In this document: in pieces, positions 1 to 8,184 of the stretch | Numbering within the stretch: position 1 is the first letter of the stretch | Layout of the letters: the number at the start of each line of letters is the position of its first letter | Virus record (IMG/VR): IMGVR_UViG_3300040801_001572 | Span: 1 to 64,000 of that record | Direction: 5' to 3' (one strand) | Source of the DNA: a virus | Length of the DNA: 64,000 nt | Program-made: the position numbers and the translations under genes | The notes under the pieces: generated by a model | The model's input: the letters and a program-made list of their open reading frames with translations, nothing else | Database searches by the model: none | What the model was told of the DNA's origin: nothing

Positions 1-16
1 AGTCGGCCAAAGTGGG

Positions 17-298
17 ATGTATGGTCAACAGAACAACCGAGTCCAGACAGGAGAAAGACCAATGGAACTCTCGTCACGTAGTCAACATACCAACACGCAC
101 CTGTTCTCCACGGAGAATGCTCCGAACCGATTCGACCTGGGCCAGAAGGCTTTCGAGAATCGCGTCAAGTTCGACGGTCATGAGATCGCCAAGCGTTCCA
201 AGACGGTGATCGTGTATCGCCTGGGCCATCGGTTCACTGGCTGGTACGACACTTCCAAGAAGCACGGTTACGTCTGTGCAATGGGACTGCCTGAGTGA
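17..298 (+). CDS. hypothetical early protein (start uncertain)
   Basis: ORF whose stop overlaps the next GTG start (GTGA). Confidence 0.55.
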   Translation: MYGQQNNRVQTGERPMELSSRSQHTNTHLFSTENAPNRFDLGQKAFENRVKFDGHEIAKRSKTVIVYRLGHRFTGWYDTSKKHGYVCAMGLPE

Positions 299-579
299 AG
301 GTCCAGTACGTCAACGACGCCACACCACGTAGCGATGGGAGATCGGGTAAGCCCACGGGCATTACTCTCTTCCAGACGTACACTGTGGTCGCTGTTGAGG
401 GCGACAAATATGTTCTGCTCAACGACGACTACAAGCTTTGTCGCTATTCGCAGGCAAGGTTCTTGGTCACGAGCACACGTAAGATCGAGCCCATACGCAA
501 GGCTTTCAATTCACTGACACATCCCTTGCGTATGGAAGTCAAGCGGCTGAGGCAGTTGGTCACCGAACTAAACGGTTGA
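295..579 (+). CDS. hypothetical early protein
   Basis: coupled ORF; its TGA stop lies within the next TTGACA box. Confidence 0.65.
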   Translation: MKVQYVNDATPRSDGRSGKPTGITLFQTYTVVAVEGDKYVLLNDDYKLCRYSQARFLVTSTRKIEPIRKAFNSLTHPLRMEVKRLRQLVTELNG

Positions 580-627
580 CATTTCCATTCAGTTGTCGTA
601 CTATATGCACAGTTAGGACAACAGGAG
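576..627 (+). promoter_or_regulatory. sigma70-type early promoter with CAGTTAGG leader
   Basis: TTGACA-17-TACTAT then cagttaggacaacaggag. Confidence 0.85.
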
Positions 628-635
628 TAACAGCT

Positions 636-1085
636 ATGGGCTGGTGGGATTACGGTATTATGGGCGGTGACACTCCGCTCGATATGCAGGCACGTTTCGA
701 CGAGAAGTTCGGCTTCGTAGACGAAGAGTACGATCCGGTAACGCCTGCAGTGTTGCCGACCGGTGCACAAGTCGAAGACTTCATGCGCAACGAGCAGCCG
801 GACTGGTGTTACAACCTGGGCTACGAAAATATCTGGCCACAGGTGATCGGTTACCTCGTTATCGACCATAAGCTCGAGATGACCGACGCTGTGCGAGCTG
901 CTGCCATCAAAGGTGCCCAGGACGAGATCGACTCGATCCAGAAAGACAACCTGGACGGCTGGAACTCACCCTGTGAACGTACCGAACGACTGAAGGAGTT
1001 CATCGCTGTAGTCGAGGTGTACGACGGTACCCAGGAAGCGCCCGAGAGCAAGGGCTTGTTCGAAGCAATGGCGGAGGCACTGTAA
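636..1085 (+). CDS. hypothetical acidic protein (MGWWDYGIMGGD...)
   Basis: GGAG SD before ATG 636; the track start at 576 lies in the promoter. Confidence 0.8.
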   Translation: MGWWDYGIMGGDTPLDMQARFDEKFGFVDEEYDPVTPAVLPTGAQVEDFMRNEQPDWCYNLGYENIWPQVIGYLVIDHKLEMTDAVRAAAIKGAQDEIDSIQKDNLDGWNSPCERTERLKEFIAVVEVYDGTQEAPESKGLFEAMAEAL

Positions 1086-1357
1086 TGGAACTCTCCAACA
1101 ATGCAATGATGGTCTTGGGAATCTATCTGGGCCACAAGTCACATGCTCGCCGATCAGAGTGCGAGCACGTAGGCTGCGATTACGATAGCGGTGTTGCTGA
1201 ACTTGCCAAAGCAGGTGTAATGCGAGGTGGCCGTATCAATCGCAAGGAAGGCTATGCTGTGTTCCACGAACGCTTCCCCGATCAACTCGGAAGTCAAACA
1301 CACCAGTATCGCCACAAGTTGGGATTTCCTTACCCGGGAGAAACACAAAGTCGATAA
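1085..1357 (+). CDS. hypothetical protein
   Basis: TAATG overlap with upstream gene. Confidence 0.65.
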   Translation: MELSNNAMMVLGIYLGHKSHARRSECEHVGCDYDSGVAELAKAGVMRGGRINRKEGYAVFHERFPDQLGSQTHQYRHKLGFPYPGETQSR

Positions 1358-1365
1358 GTACTAGC

Positions 1366-1611
1366 ATGAAGTATATCACGTATAAGAACGAAGACGGTCA
1401 CAAGACCATGGTTATCTTCTGCGTGACTGAGCAACATGCCCTTATCGCCCAACAGATGCACGTTACGCCGCTGAGTGCAGGATTCATTAACATCACTGCA
1501 GACTGTGGCCAGGTGTGCGTAGAGATCGAATGCTACGGTGAGTCAACAAGTCTTGGATTGACTCCAACCGAAGAAGACAGTATACTAGCTCGTAAATTGT
1601 TAGACCTCTAG
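1366..1611 (+). CDS. hypothetical protein, paralog of 2823-3116
   Basis: KYI...VIF...H...AGFI...CYGxSxSLG shared with 2823-3116. Confidence 0.8.
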   Translation: MKYITYKNEDGHKTMVIFCVTEQHALIAQQMHVTPLSAGFINITADCGQVCVEIECYGESTSLGLTPTEEDSILARKLLDL

Positions 1612-1623
1612 CAGGAGGATCAC

Positions 1624-1869
1624 ATGTTCAACACACCAATGCCCCAGGTACGGTTTCGTGCCGGCGACGATCGCACCCTGTACACCAATGTAAACTTTGC
1701 ACGTGACGTCGCACAGGGCCTGGCCAACACTTCCGGTGTGCCTGTTCCTATTCATCACGTAGTGAACGGCAAGCAAGGCATGATCCTGCACGATGTTCAT
1801 CCAGAGAAGGGCGAACAGAATGTGGTTAGCTTCTTTGGTCGAGTAGCGGAGAAACTGCGTCGTGGTTGA
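1624..1869 (+). CDS. hypothetical protein
   Basis: AGGAGG SD. Confidence 0.7.
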   Translation: MFNTPMPQVRFRAGDDRTLYTNVNFARDVAQGLANTSGVPVPIHHVVNGKQGMILHDVHPEKGEQNVVSFFGRVAEKLRRG

Positions 1870-2044
1870 GTTCGTTCGTTTCGATGCTGATCCAAAGCTC
1901 CACATGGAACGGCATGTGGTGGCCGTAGGCTGTACGTTCTGGCAGAAGCTATGGCTGATTGGGTTCAGGGGCTTCCAGCCTCATCCCTTTCTGGGTGCCA
2001 AAGGTCACCCGTTTAAGCAGTATCCGATCAAACAAAAAGGTTGA
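1862..2044 (+). CDS. hypothetical protein
   Basis: overlapping GTG start; stop inside TTGACA. Confidence 0.55.
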   Translation: MVEFVRFDADPKLHMERHVVAVGCTFWQKLWLIGFRGFQPHPFLGAKGHPFKQYPIKQKG

Positions 2045-2087
2045 CATTTCCAGCCAGACCAAATATCATATACTTGTTAGTTAGGAG
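2041..2087 (+). promoter_or_regulatory. sigma70-type early promoter
   Basis: TTGACA-17-TATCAT, ttagttaggag leader. Confidence 0.8.
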
Positions 2088-2100
2088 TTTGGAGAAGACC

Positions 2101-2376
2101 ATGTCACTAGATAGGATCATTGAGCGAGTTAACGCTCGTCGCCAATTCGAGAACGAGTTCTGCACTGGTGCTCGTCGCGAGATGATCGCTCACCCTCTGG
2201 AGTCGGACGACATTGAGTCGCTCTGCTGCCACATCGAGAGTGAGCTCAGTCCTGAGAATCTTCACTGCGACGGAGAAATTTCTCCTCGCGAAGCCAAGCA
2301 CAAAGCCGAAGCACTGCACCGCGCATACGACGAGCTGTGCCAGCGCTATGCTTGTGTGCGGGAGTTGTACGTATGA
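2101..2376 (+). CDS. hypothetical protein (LSPENLHCDGE motif)
   Basis: GGAG SD, ATG 2101 downstream of promoter. Confidence 0.75.
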   Translation: MSLDRIIERVNARRQFENEFCTGARREMIAHPLESDDIESLCCHIESELSPENLHCDGEISPREAKHKAEALHRAYDELCQRYACVRELYV

Positions 2377-2591
2377 CTGAGTATGGTATTGCGACGCCCA
2401 GCGCTCGTGTTAAGATGCAGGGCTTGAGCAAAGAGGAAGCTTTTGCCTACATCGAGACTGAGGGGCAAAGCGGTGAGTTCGTAATTCGCAAGTGCCCGCC
2501 GGGTATGGGTTATCCCAAGGACGAGTGGTATGCAACTGCTACTGGTCATACCCTGGGCCAGATACGGTACGCACTAACGCTGGAGAATTAA
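2373..2591 (+). CDS. hypothetical protein
   Basis: ATGA overlap at 2373. Confidence 0.65.
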   Translation: MTEYGIATPSARVKMQGLSKEEAFAYIETEGQSGEFVIRKCPPGMGYPKDEWYATATGHTLGQIRYALTLEN

Positions 2592-2592
2592 T

Positions 2593-2669
2593 GCCCTGGT
2601 AGCTCAGCTGGATAGAGTAGTGGCCTTCTAAGCCATCGGTCGGGGGTTCGAATCCCTCCCAGGGTGCCA
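2593..2669 (+). tRNA. tRNA-Arg(TCT)
   Basis: cloverleaf: GCCCTGG/CCAGGGT acceptor, GTGGC-cttctaa-GCCAT anticodon arm, GTTCGAAT T-loop, encoded CCA. Confidence 0.95.
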
Positions 2670-2822
2670 GTTAGAAGAGACCTCTCGGTGTATGCACACC
2701 GGCTGGAGCCAAAACTCGCATTATCAGTGTAGCTACCCGGGAAGGGTTATACTGATACTAAGGCCCGGTCAAGCGCAGACAAGATCTGTGAGAGAGGAGA
2801 TTCTTTACCAGAGAGGCAAGAC

Positions 2823-3116
2823 ATGAAAGACGTTAAGTACATTGCATTCGAGAACGAATTCGGCAACGACGATCTTGTGATCTTTTCGAACCAGGTTATC
2901 CATTCCGAAATGGCTCGCAATCGACGGATCTTCCGTGAAGTGACGGGTGCTGGATTCATTCGCATTGGTGCTGACACGCACGGTGTGACTGTTCACTGTT
3001 ATGGCAAGAGCGAAAGCCTAGGTGTCGAAAGTCGCGGAGAGATCGATTCCAACCTCGCCCGACGTGTACTGGATCTGCCCAGCAACGAGCGGAAAGTTTT
3101 TGAACAAATAGGTTGA
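2823..3116 (+). CDS. hypothetical protein, paralog of 1366-1611
   Basis: GAGG SD; shared motifs; stop inside TTGACA. Confidence 0.8.
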   Translation: MKDVKYIAFENEFGNDDLVIFSNQVIHSEMARNRRIFREVTGAGFIRIGADTHGVTVHCYGKSESLGVESRGEIDSNLARRVLDLPSNERKVFEQIG

Positions 3117-3141
3117 CAAGTGTTGGCAGCATTGCTATACT
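3113..3141 (+). promoter_or_regulatory. sigma70-type promoter for putative ncRNA
   Basis: TTGACA-17-TATACT, not followed by an SD and credible ORF. Confidence 0.85.
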
Positions 3142-3147
3142 ACACTT

Positions 3148-3589
3148 GCACGGCGCAGTAGCGACAATGGTAAGACTACGTTCGGTAGTCAGCAGGTTTA
3201 GCACAATACGCTAGGGCGAGGATAAGGGGCCCACCTGCAATGAACACAACTGTTAGGAGAGGGTACAGAATACCTTCCACTAGCGAGGTATAGCAGAGCA
3301 TACCGCGGAGCAATCCCCGGATAGCACTGTTCGGCAACAAGCCGGCGAGCCAGGCAAGATGGCCAGGCAAGCGCCTGCTACGAGACGAAAGTCTGCCGCG
3401 AAGCTAGTATCTCCTGTCCTAACTGAAGGCCTGCGGATGAGTTATGGGCCACGGTGAATCAACGCACCGACCCATGACAAAGACCTTCCTAACAGAAGTC
3501 CGCTTAATCCCCTACGCCGGGGCCAGCAGCCGACACCCTGTACGGCGCACCCGGCACCCTTTAGCCCGCCATATGGCGGGCTTTTTTTT
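3148..3589 (+). ncRNA. putative large structured non-coding RNA (family unrecognised)
   Basis: own promoter and terminator, no credible ORF; helices 3174/3185, 3192/3233, 3250/3486, 3291/3375, 3442/3471; GNRA loops at 3310 and 3387. Confidence 0.65.
3563..3589 (+). terminator. intrinsic terminator
   Basis: agcccgcc-atat-ggcgggct + T run. Confidence 0.9.
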
Positions 3590-3591
3590 GG

Positions 3592-3641
3592 TTGACAATA
3601 ATCTCCATCCAGCTTATACTGTGCACAGTTAGATAAGAGGA
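3592..3641 (+). promoter_or_regulatory. sigma70-type early promoter
   Basis: TTGACA-17-TATACT, cagttagataagagg. Confidence 0.85.
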
Positions 3642-3648
3642 CAGCACA

Positions 3649-3999
3649 ATGGCAACTGAAGTTTACTTCACTGCAAAACAATCATACAATCCTGTGGGTT
3701 CCAGTCACTGGTTTACTTTTCCCCAGGAACTGCAGGAGACTGTGGATCGTGTGGTGTTTATGCATACGGACTCGGAAGAGCCTGAGATCCGTGCGCTGGC
3801 AAACGATGTATACCAGGACGAGGATTCCGACTACAGTGACCGTATGTGGCTGCGTTGTGGAAGTCGACTGTACGTGCTGTATCGTCGCCAGGGCGAATAT
3901 CGTGTTGCCTCTGGGTTTGATCATTCGGGCGACGCTTCCGTTATGTGGCCCTTTGACAAGGACGAAATCATTGCACACTTTGCTGCATACGCGGAGTAA
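3649..3999 (+). CDS. hypothetical protein
   Basis: SD + promoter. Confidence 0.75.
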   Translation: MATEVYFTAKQSYNPVGSSHWFTFPQELQETVDRVVFMHTDSEEPEIRALANDVYQDEDSDYSDRMWLRCGSRLYVLYRRQGEYRVASGFDHSGDASVMWPFDKDEIIAHFAAYAE

Positions 4000-4002
4000 G
4001 CT

Positions 4003-4299
4003 ATGGTCGCAAACACACGAGTAACACTGCCGCAATGTCGTAGCTTGGACTACTGGCATAAAGAGTACACCAGCTCTGACGGTGTAACCAAGTACACGGT
4101 GCACCTCACACACGACGAGCGTCAGTTCTCCTGTGAGTGCAAAGGATTTCAGTATCGTGGCGACTGCAAGCATGTGAAGCAGGCAGCTCAGGACTACTGT
4201 GGTTGGTGTGCACTGTGGTGCGACGAGCCATACGAAGAGAGTTCCAAGAAATGTCCTCGCTGTGGGGACGAAGTTGATTTCAGAAATCATATGGTATAA
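4003..4299 (+). CDS. SWIM-type zinc-finger protein with C-terminal zinc ribbon
   Basis: FSCECKGF...CKH; CGWC...CPRC. Confidence 0.75.
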   Translation: MVANTRVTLPQCRSLDYWHKEYTSSDGVTKYTVHLTHDERQFSCECKGFQYRGDCKHVKQAAQDYCGWCALWCDEPYEESSKKCPRCGDEVDFRNHMV

Positions 4300-4301
4300 T
4301 C

Positions 4302-4511
4302 ATGAGCTATCCGAATTTCAAATATCTGGTCAAAGTGTTCCAGCCCGGCAACGACTGTGCTGTTGATCACTTCGATCAAGTGTTCCCTAACCCGGTGAGC
4401 AAAGGTGATACCGTTTGCTTTGGCGACGAAGCACTCGAAGTTGATCGTGTTGTTCACCACAACGAACGCGGTGCCACGTGGAGTGAAATCCACTTGACAG
4501 AACACAACTAA
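4302..4511 (+). CDS. hypothetical protein
   Basis: operonic ORF. Confidence 0.6.
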   Translation: MSYPNFKYLVKVFQPGNDCAVDHFDQVFPNPVSKGDTVCFGDEALEVDRVVHHNERGATWSEIHLTEHN

Positions 4512-4543
4512 TCTGTTACTATAAGTACAGTTAGGATTCGAGG
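4494..4543 (+). promoter_or_regulatory. sigma70-type early promoter
   Basis: TTGACA-17-TACTAT, cagttagga. Confidence 0.8.
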
Positions 4544-4551
4544 ATTATGTC

Positions 4552-4770
4552 ATGGCAAGTTTGAAGAAAGCTATCGAAGAAAAGTGCAAGGATTGCATTT
4601 ACGACGACACCAAAAACTCTGGGCTAGGCAGCTGGCGCCAGCAAGTTGAGGCTTGCCCTTGCACCGATTGTCCGCTTTGGCCAGTTCGCCCGGTCACTGT
4701 GAAGACACGGAACGCCAACCGAAAGTCAAAGGGCGGTGATGACAACATTCCTACCAAGGAGGTAGCATGA
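4552..4770 (+). CDS. small Cys-rich protein
   Basis: CKDC...CPCTDCPLW; SD GAGG. Confidence 0.75.
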   Translation: MASLKKAIEEKCKDCIYDDTKNSGLGSWRQQVEACPCTDCPLWPVRPVTVKTRNANRKSKGGDDNIPTKEVA

Positions 4771-5105
4771 GCAACTCAGTTCGAGCCATTATCGTATTCG
4801 CTTTTGCGATGACACTGTTTACCATCGCCAATGTGGCCACTGCTGATTCCATCGACGACTTTCAGCAGTCGCTGCGAACCTTCGATACAGAGGTACTCCG
4901 CGAAGTAAAACAACCGGTCCGTCACGCGGCATCAGTGAGTGCACTGGTGGTATCACTACAGACGGACCTCCTGGGGAACGACAATGTTCAAGCTCCGTTT
5001 GATATCCGCGAGGTATCACAGCATACTGGTCGAGTTAGCCGCCAACGAGACAATCTGGCAACTGCCGCTCGCCGTGTTGATGTGTTCTTGAGATCCATTA
5101 GATAG
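4767..5105 (+). CDS. hypothetical exported protein
   Basis: N-terminal signal-peptide-like segment; AGGAGG SD. Confidence 0.7.
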   Translation: MSNSVRAIIVFAFAMTLFTIANVATADSIDDFQQSLRTFDTEVLREVKQPVRHAASVSALVVSLQTDLLGNDNVQAPFDIREVSQHTGRVSRQRDNLATAARRVDVFLRSIR

Positions 5106-5189
5106 TTGGATCCATTCTTCTGTTGCAATCTGTCACGGATGGCAATATCCTTTAACTGCACTTTGAACTAACCCCAAGGAGGAGCCTAT

Positions 5190-5552
5190 ATGGCAGGTGC
5201 AAAGACCAACACGAAGAGACGTGTTACCAAGAAGGAGCAGGCTTTCAAGATCTTCGACGCGAAACTGAAGATGCGAGCAGCCGGCAAGTTCGACAGCAAC
5301 AAGGCATTCCGCAGAGCCTGCCTGGATGAGATGGTCAAGAAGATCGGCGTGAGCATTCCGTCTGCTGCTACCATGTACAACCAGGCCAAGCAGGCTGCAG
5401 AAGCTGACAACCCGAGCCTGGGCCTGGGTCGCGATCCCAAGAAGGTTGTGGTCAAGAAGCCCAAGGCAAAGGCAAAGGCAAAGGCAAAGCCCGCTGCACA
5501 GCCGGCTGAAGCTGAGACCCCTGCGGAGAGCAACGAAGAAGCAACTGCTTAA
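5190..5552 (+). CDS. small basic putative DNA-binding protein
   Basis: K/A-rich; AATMYN matches AATLYN of 11680-12039; (AAGGCA)x4 repeat. Confidence 0.75.
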   Translation: MAGAKTNTKRRVTKKEQAFKIFDAKLKMRAAGKFDSNKAFRRACLDEMVKKIGVSIPSAATMYNQAKQAAEADNPSLGLGRDPKKVVVKKPKAKAKAKAKPAAQPAEAETPAESNEEATA

Positions 5553-5570
5553 TCGCTGCCCTGGGAGAAT

Positions 5571-5601
5571 AAAAAGCCCGCCCTGTGGTGGGCTTTTTTT
5601 T
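5571..5601 (+). terminator. intrinsic terminator
   Basis: aagcccgcc-ctgt-ggtgggctt + T run. Confidence 0.85.
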
Positions 5602-5603
5602 GG

Positions 5604-5650
5604 TTGACATTTATATCCATCCATCTTATAATGTGTTTGTTAGCTAGGAG
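5604..5650 (+). promoter_or_regulatory. sigma70-type early promoter
   Basis: TTGACA-17-TATAAT, ttagctaggag. Confidence 0.85.
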
Positions 5651-5657
5651 TTTGGAT

Positions 5658-5978
5658 ATGAAAATGTTCGAAATTGACAAAGGCACCCCTGCATTTCGCA
5701 TCACTCCGAAAGGTGAGATCATCACCTGGATTGTGCGCAAGGACCTTTGCTACGGTGACATGAACATTGCTAGCATGCCTTACCGGTATGCTAACAAAGG
5801 CTCGGCCGATACGCTCGATTACTTGGGCGACCTGGGCATGACACTGGATGCCATCAAATGTGTACTCAACAAGCTGGATCGTTTCTCGCTGTTCTGGGAA
5901 GAAGGTACGCAGACAGGCGAACCCCACTTCTTACTAGTAGACGATCGCTATTGCCGGCTCATGGGAGAAGACCAATGA
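5658..5978 (+). CDS. hypothetical protein
   Basis: SD; ATG 5658. Confidence 0.7.
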   Translation: MKMFEIDKGTPAFRITPKGEIITWIVRKDLCYGDMNIASMPYRYANKGSADTLDYLGDLGMTLDAIKCVLNKLDRFSLFWEEGTQTGEPHFLLVDDRYCRLMGEDQ

Positions 5979-6196
5979 CTCAAGTACCAAACTTTCCAGA
6001 TTCTGGAATCCCCTCAAACGAGCCGGACTACAGCTTCTTCGAGGAACAGTTCTGGCAGATGATGCGGGCACTGGAAGAGAGGCATTGCCAGCGAGAAGAA
6101 GTGCTCAACCGTGACACTGTACGTGCTGCGTACAATGCCTGGAACCAACGCTTCGGCACTGACATGGTGCCCAGGTTTGACGAGGAGAAGTGGTAA
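5975..6196 (+). CDS. hypothetical protein
   Basis: ATGA overlap. Confidence 0.65.
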   Translation: MTQVPNFPDSGIPSNEPDYSFFEEQFWQMMRALEERHCQREEVLNRDTVRAAYNAWNQRFGTDMVPRFDEEKW

Positions 6197-6618
6197 TGAA
6201 AATCGAATATTCATTCTGGTCGATGCTCACTGCTCGACGCAAGTGGTTCCGCAGTCGGATCAGCGATACGCCGATTCGCAACGTGTGGCTGAGCCTGTTC
6301 GACGAAGGTAAGAAGCTGCTGCAGAGCCTGGGTTTCTTTTTGCTCTGCCTGCTGGTTTGTCTTCTCAGCCCGCTGATTCCGCTGTGGCCATACTTCGCTG
6401 CATTCTGCAGTACCTGCATGAACTATCGCAGGGTGCCCACTGTGTGTGAGAAAGACTATGCCTTCGTGCAGAGCATCGATCGGGAGAACGTGTACAAGAT
6501 CAGGAACAACCTCAAGTTGTTGAACACCAAGAAGGAACAATACGGCGTGGACAACATCACGGCTCGTGAATACTGCGAGCAGGCGCTGTCGGTGCAAAAA
6601 CTCAAAGGAGTCGAGTAA
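6196..6618 (+). CDS. hypothetical membrane protein
   Basis: central hydrophobic segment; TAATG overlap. Confidence 0.65.
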   Translation: MKIEYSFWSMLTARRKWFRSRISDTPIRNVWLSLFDEGKKLLQSLGFFLLCLLVCLLSPLIPLWPYFAAFCSTCMNYRRVPTVCEKDYAFVQSIDRENVYKIRNNLKLLNTKKEQYGVDNITAREYCEQALSVQKLKGVE

Positions 6619-6884
6619 TGAAGCTGGTAGACTACTTCGTGATAATCGCACTGTGGTTTATGTACACGGTCAGCGGCATCTCAGCTGTCATGTATGGCCT
6701 GTATGCTGTCGCTGGATTCCTCAACAACCAAGGAGTCTTTGTGTTTACTGATGCCCATGTGTCTGTAATCACATACGCCCTGCTGTTTGCGATGACCAGC
6801 GGTTCGTGCCGGGCTACTCGAATCTCGCTGACTGCTGTCACTGAAGCACACAAGCCGGTACAGCCCCAGACCAGTACTGGTTGA
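6618..6884 (+). CDS. hypothetical membrane protein
   Basis: two hydrophobic segments; stop inside TTGACA. Confidence 0.65.
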   Translation: MKLVDYFVIIALWFMYTVSGISAVMYGLYAVAGFLNNQGVFVFTDAHVSVITYALLFAMTSGSCRATRISLTAVTEAHKPVQPQTSTG

Positions 6885-6927
6885 CAATTATCTCCAACCT
6901 GCTATAATACCTGCATAGTTAGGAGAT
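6881..6927 (+). promoter_or_regulatory. sigma70-type early promoter
   Basis: TTGACA-16-TATAAT, tagttaggagat. Confidence 0.8.
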
Positions 6928-6934
6928 CCAAGCA

Positions 6935-7453
6935 ATGGTCAAAGTAGTACTCACATCAACACCTTGCACTGACGTCGAGACGATCACTGTCAAGGTGCCC
7001 AAAGGCAAGAAGCCGACAGTTGCACTGCTCAAGGATGCAGTGAGCAAGGATAAGTGGAAAGAGATCCACGCTGCATCTGACGAGCTGCGTAAAGCTGGCA
7101 ATACACTTGCCGCTGCGTTTGCTGAGGTTCACAACGGCAAGAAGTACGACGACGAACTCAGCGGTGAGCTCACTGTTGCCCTGGACGAGATGATTGCTCC
7201 TCCGGTGCCCAAAGTGAAAGTCAAAGTCGGCAAGAAGAAGGACGGCACTACTGGTCCTGTTGCCGCTGACAAGAAGCCTGCTGCTACTAAGCCCAAAGGC
7301 AAGAGTGTAGCTGCGCAGGTTCGCGAGATGATCAAGGACAACCCCAAGCTGGGTATCCCCGAACTGATCGAACTGGTAGTCAAAGAAGGACTGCTGCCCG
7401 AAGGACGCGCCAAGGTGTATGTGCGCGAGAACGTGAAGAGGGTACGAGGATGA
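6935..7453 (+). CDS. basic protein with C-terminal helical (HTH-like) domain
   Basis: C-terminus resembles the tail of the SprT-like protein. Confidence 0.75.
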   Translation: MVKVVLTSTPCTDVETITVKVPKGKKPTVALLKDAVSKDKWKEIHAASDELRKAGNTLAAAFAEVHNGKKYDDELSGELTVALDEMIAPPVPKVKVKVGKKKDGTTGPVAADKKPAATKPKGKSVAAQVREMIKDNPKLGIPELIELVVKEGLLPEGRAKVYVRENVKRVRG

Positions 7454-7743
7454 GAAAGACCTGCCACGGTTGCCCTCACTTGCAGGTGCATCGTTTCGCC
7501 TTCATGGGTGTTATGCCCAGTTGTGGCGCTGTCGAAGAACCTTTCATTGTCCCCCATCGCAGCGAACTACAGTCGATGGCCGAAGCTGCATCCGACCAGG
7601 AGTACGAAGTTACGTACTGGCGAGTGCCGGAGGATTGTCCGCTGAGTGCATCTGAGGTGCACAAGAGCAAAGACAAGGCGCCTGTCAGTGATTGGCAATT
7701 GGTCACACTGCGTCTAGGTGACGTAGAGGAGTACACACCGTGA
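7450..7743 (+). CDS. small Cys-rich protein
   Basis: CHGCPH...C...CPL; ATGA overlap. Confidence 0.7.
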   Translation: MRKTCHGCPHLQVHRFAFMGVMPSCGAVEEPFIVPHRSELQSMAEAASDQEYEVTYWRVPEDCPLSASEVHKSKDKAPVSDWQLVTLRLGDVEEYTP

Positions 7744-7907
7744 AGTGCTATGTTGTGCAGCTGGCCGTGCAAGGAACGACCGAAGAACGAGTCGAGGCAA
7801 ACTCCGAAGCTGAAGCCAAGCAATTGGCCATCGAAGAAGCACGGCTTTCTCTTGATCACGCCAATGCCCGTGTCATCGACATTCAAGTCGAAGGAGACGA
7901 CGAATGA
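7740..7907 (+). CDS. hypothetical protein (55 aa, not in ORF track)
   Basis: GTGA/ATGA overlaps on both sides; VKCYVVQL...EGDDE. Confidence 0.65.
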   Translation: MKCYVVQLAVQGTTEERVEANSEAEAKQLAIEEARLSLDHANARVIDIQVEGDDE

Positions 7908-8125
7908 AGCGCTACTGGGACAAACCGAAGTACTTTACCTGGGAAACACGATGGTTCCTGCTCCAGATCGGAATCTCCGGTGACTGGCTGTGGTCGAACA
8001 CACAGACTGCTACTGCATTCGAGAAACGTACTCACTACTTCACGATCAGTAAAGTATCGCGTGGTGACCTCACTGCTGTGAGCGTGATCATTCTTCCAGT
8101 GAGCATCATGTTTGGCCTAGTTTAA
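7904..8125 (+). CDS. hypothetical protein
   Basis: GGAG SD, ATGA overlap. Confidence 0.65.
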   Translation: MKRYWDKPKYFTWETRWFLLQIGISGDWLWSNTQTATAFEKRTHYFTISKVSRGDLTAVSVIILPVSIMFGLV

Positions 8126-8127
8126 GG

Positions 8128-8180
8128 TTGACATCTCCATCCAACTGTCGTACACTGTGCACAGTTAGATAAGAGGACAG
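8128..8180 (+). promoter_or_regulatory. sigma70-type early promoter
   Basis: TTGACA-17-TACACT; 27 nt identical to the 3592 unit. Confidence 0.85.
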
Positions 8181-8184
8181 ACTC

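Noticed and set aside
3430-3510. RNase P RNA (aacagaagtccgctta resembles its 3' ACAGAA...GCUUA)
   Set aside because: No 5' GAGGAAAGUCC element and no P1 closing helix; left as an unassigned RNA.
3148-3589. tmRNA or a second tRNA (tRNA-like 5' start gcgcagtagc...aatggtaa)
   Set aside because: No T-arm, CCA end or tag reading frame.
5463-5489. (AAGGCA)n tandem repeat as a phase-variation locus
   Set aside because: An in-frame hexamer encoding a Lys-Ala linker; length change would not shift the frame.
7750-7983. Track ORF of 77 aa
   Set aside because: The alternative frame 7740-7907 tiles exactly with both neighbours.
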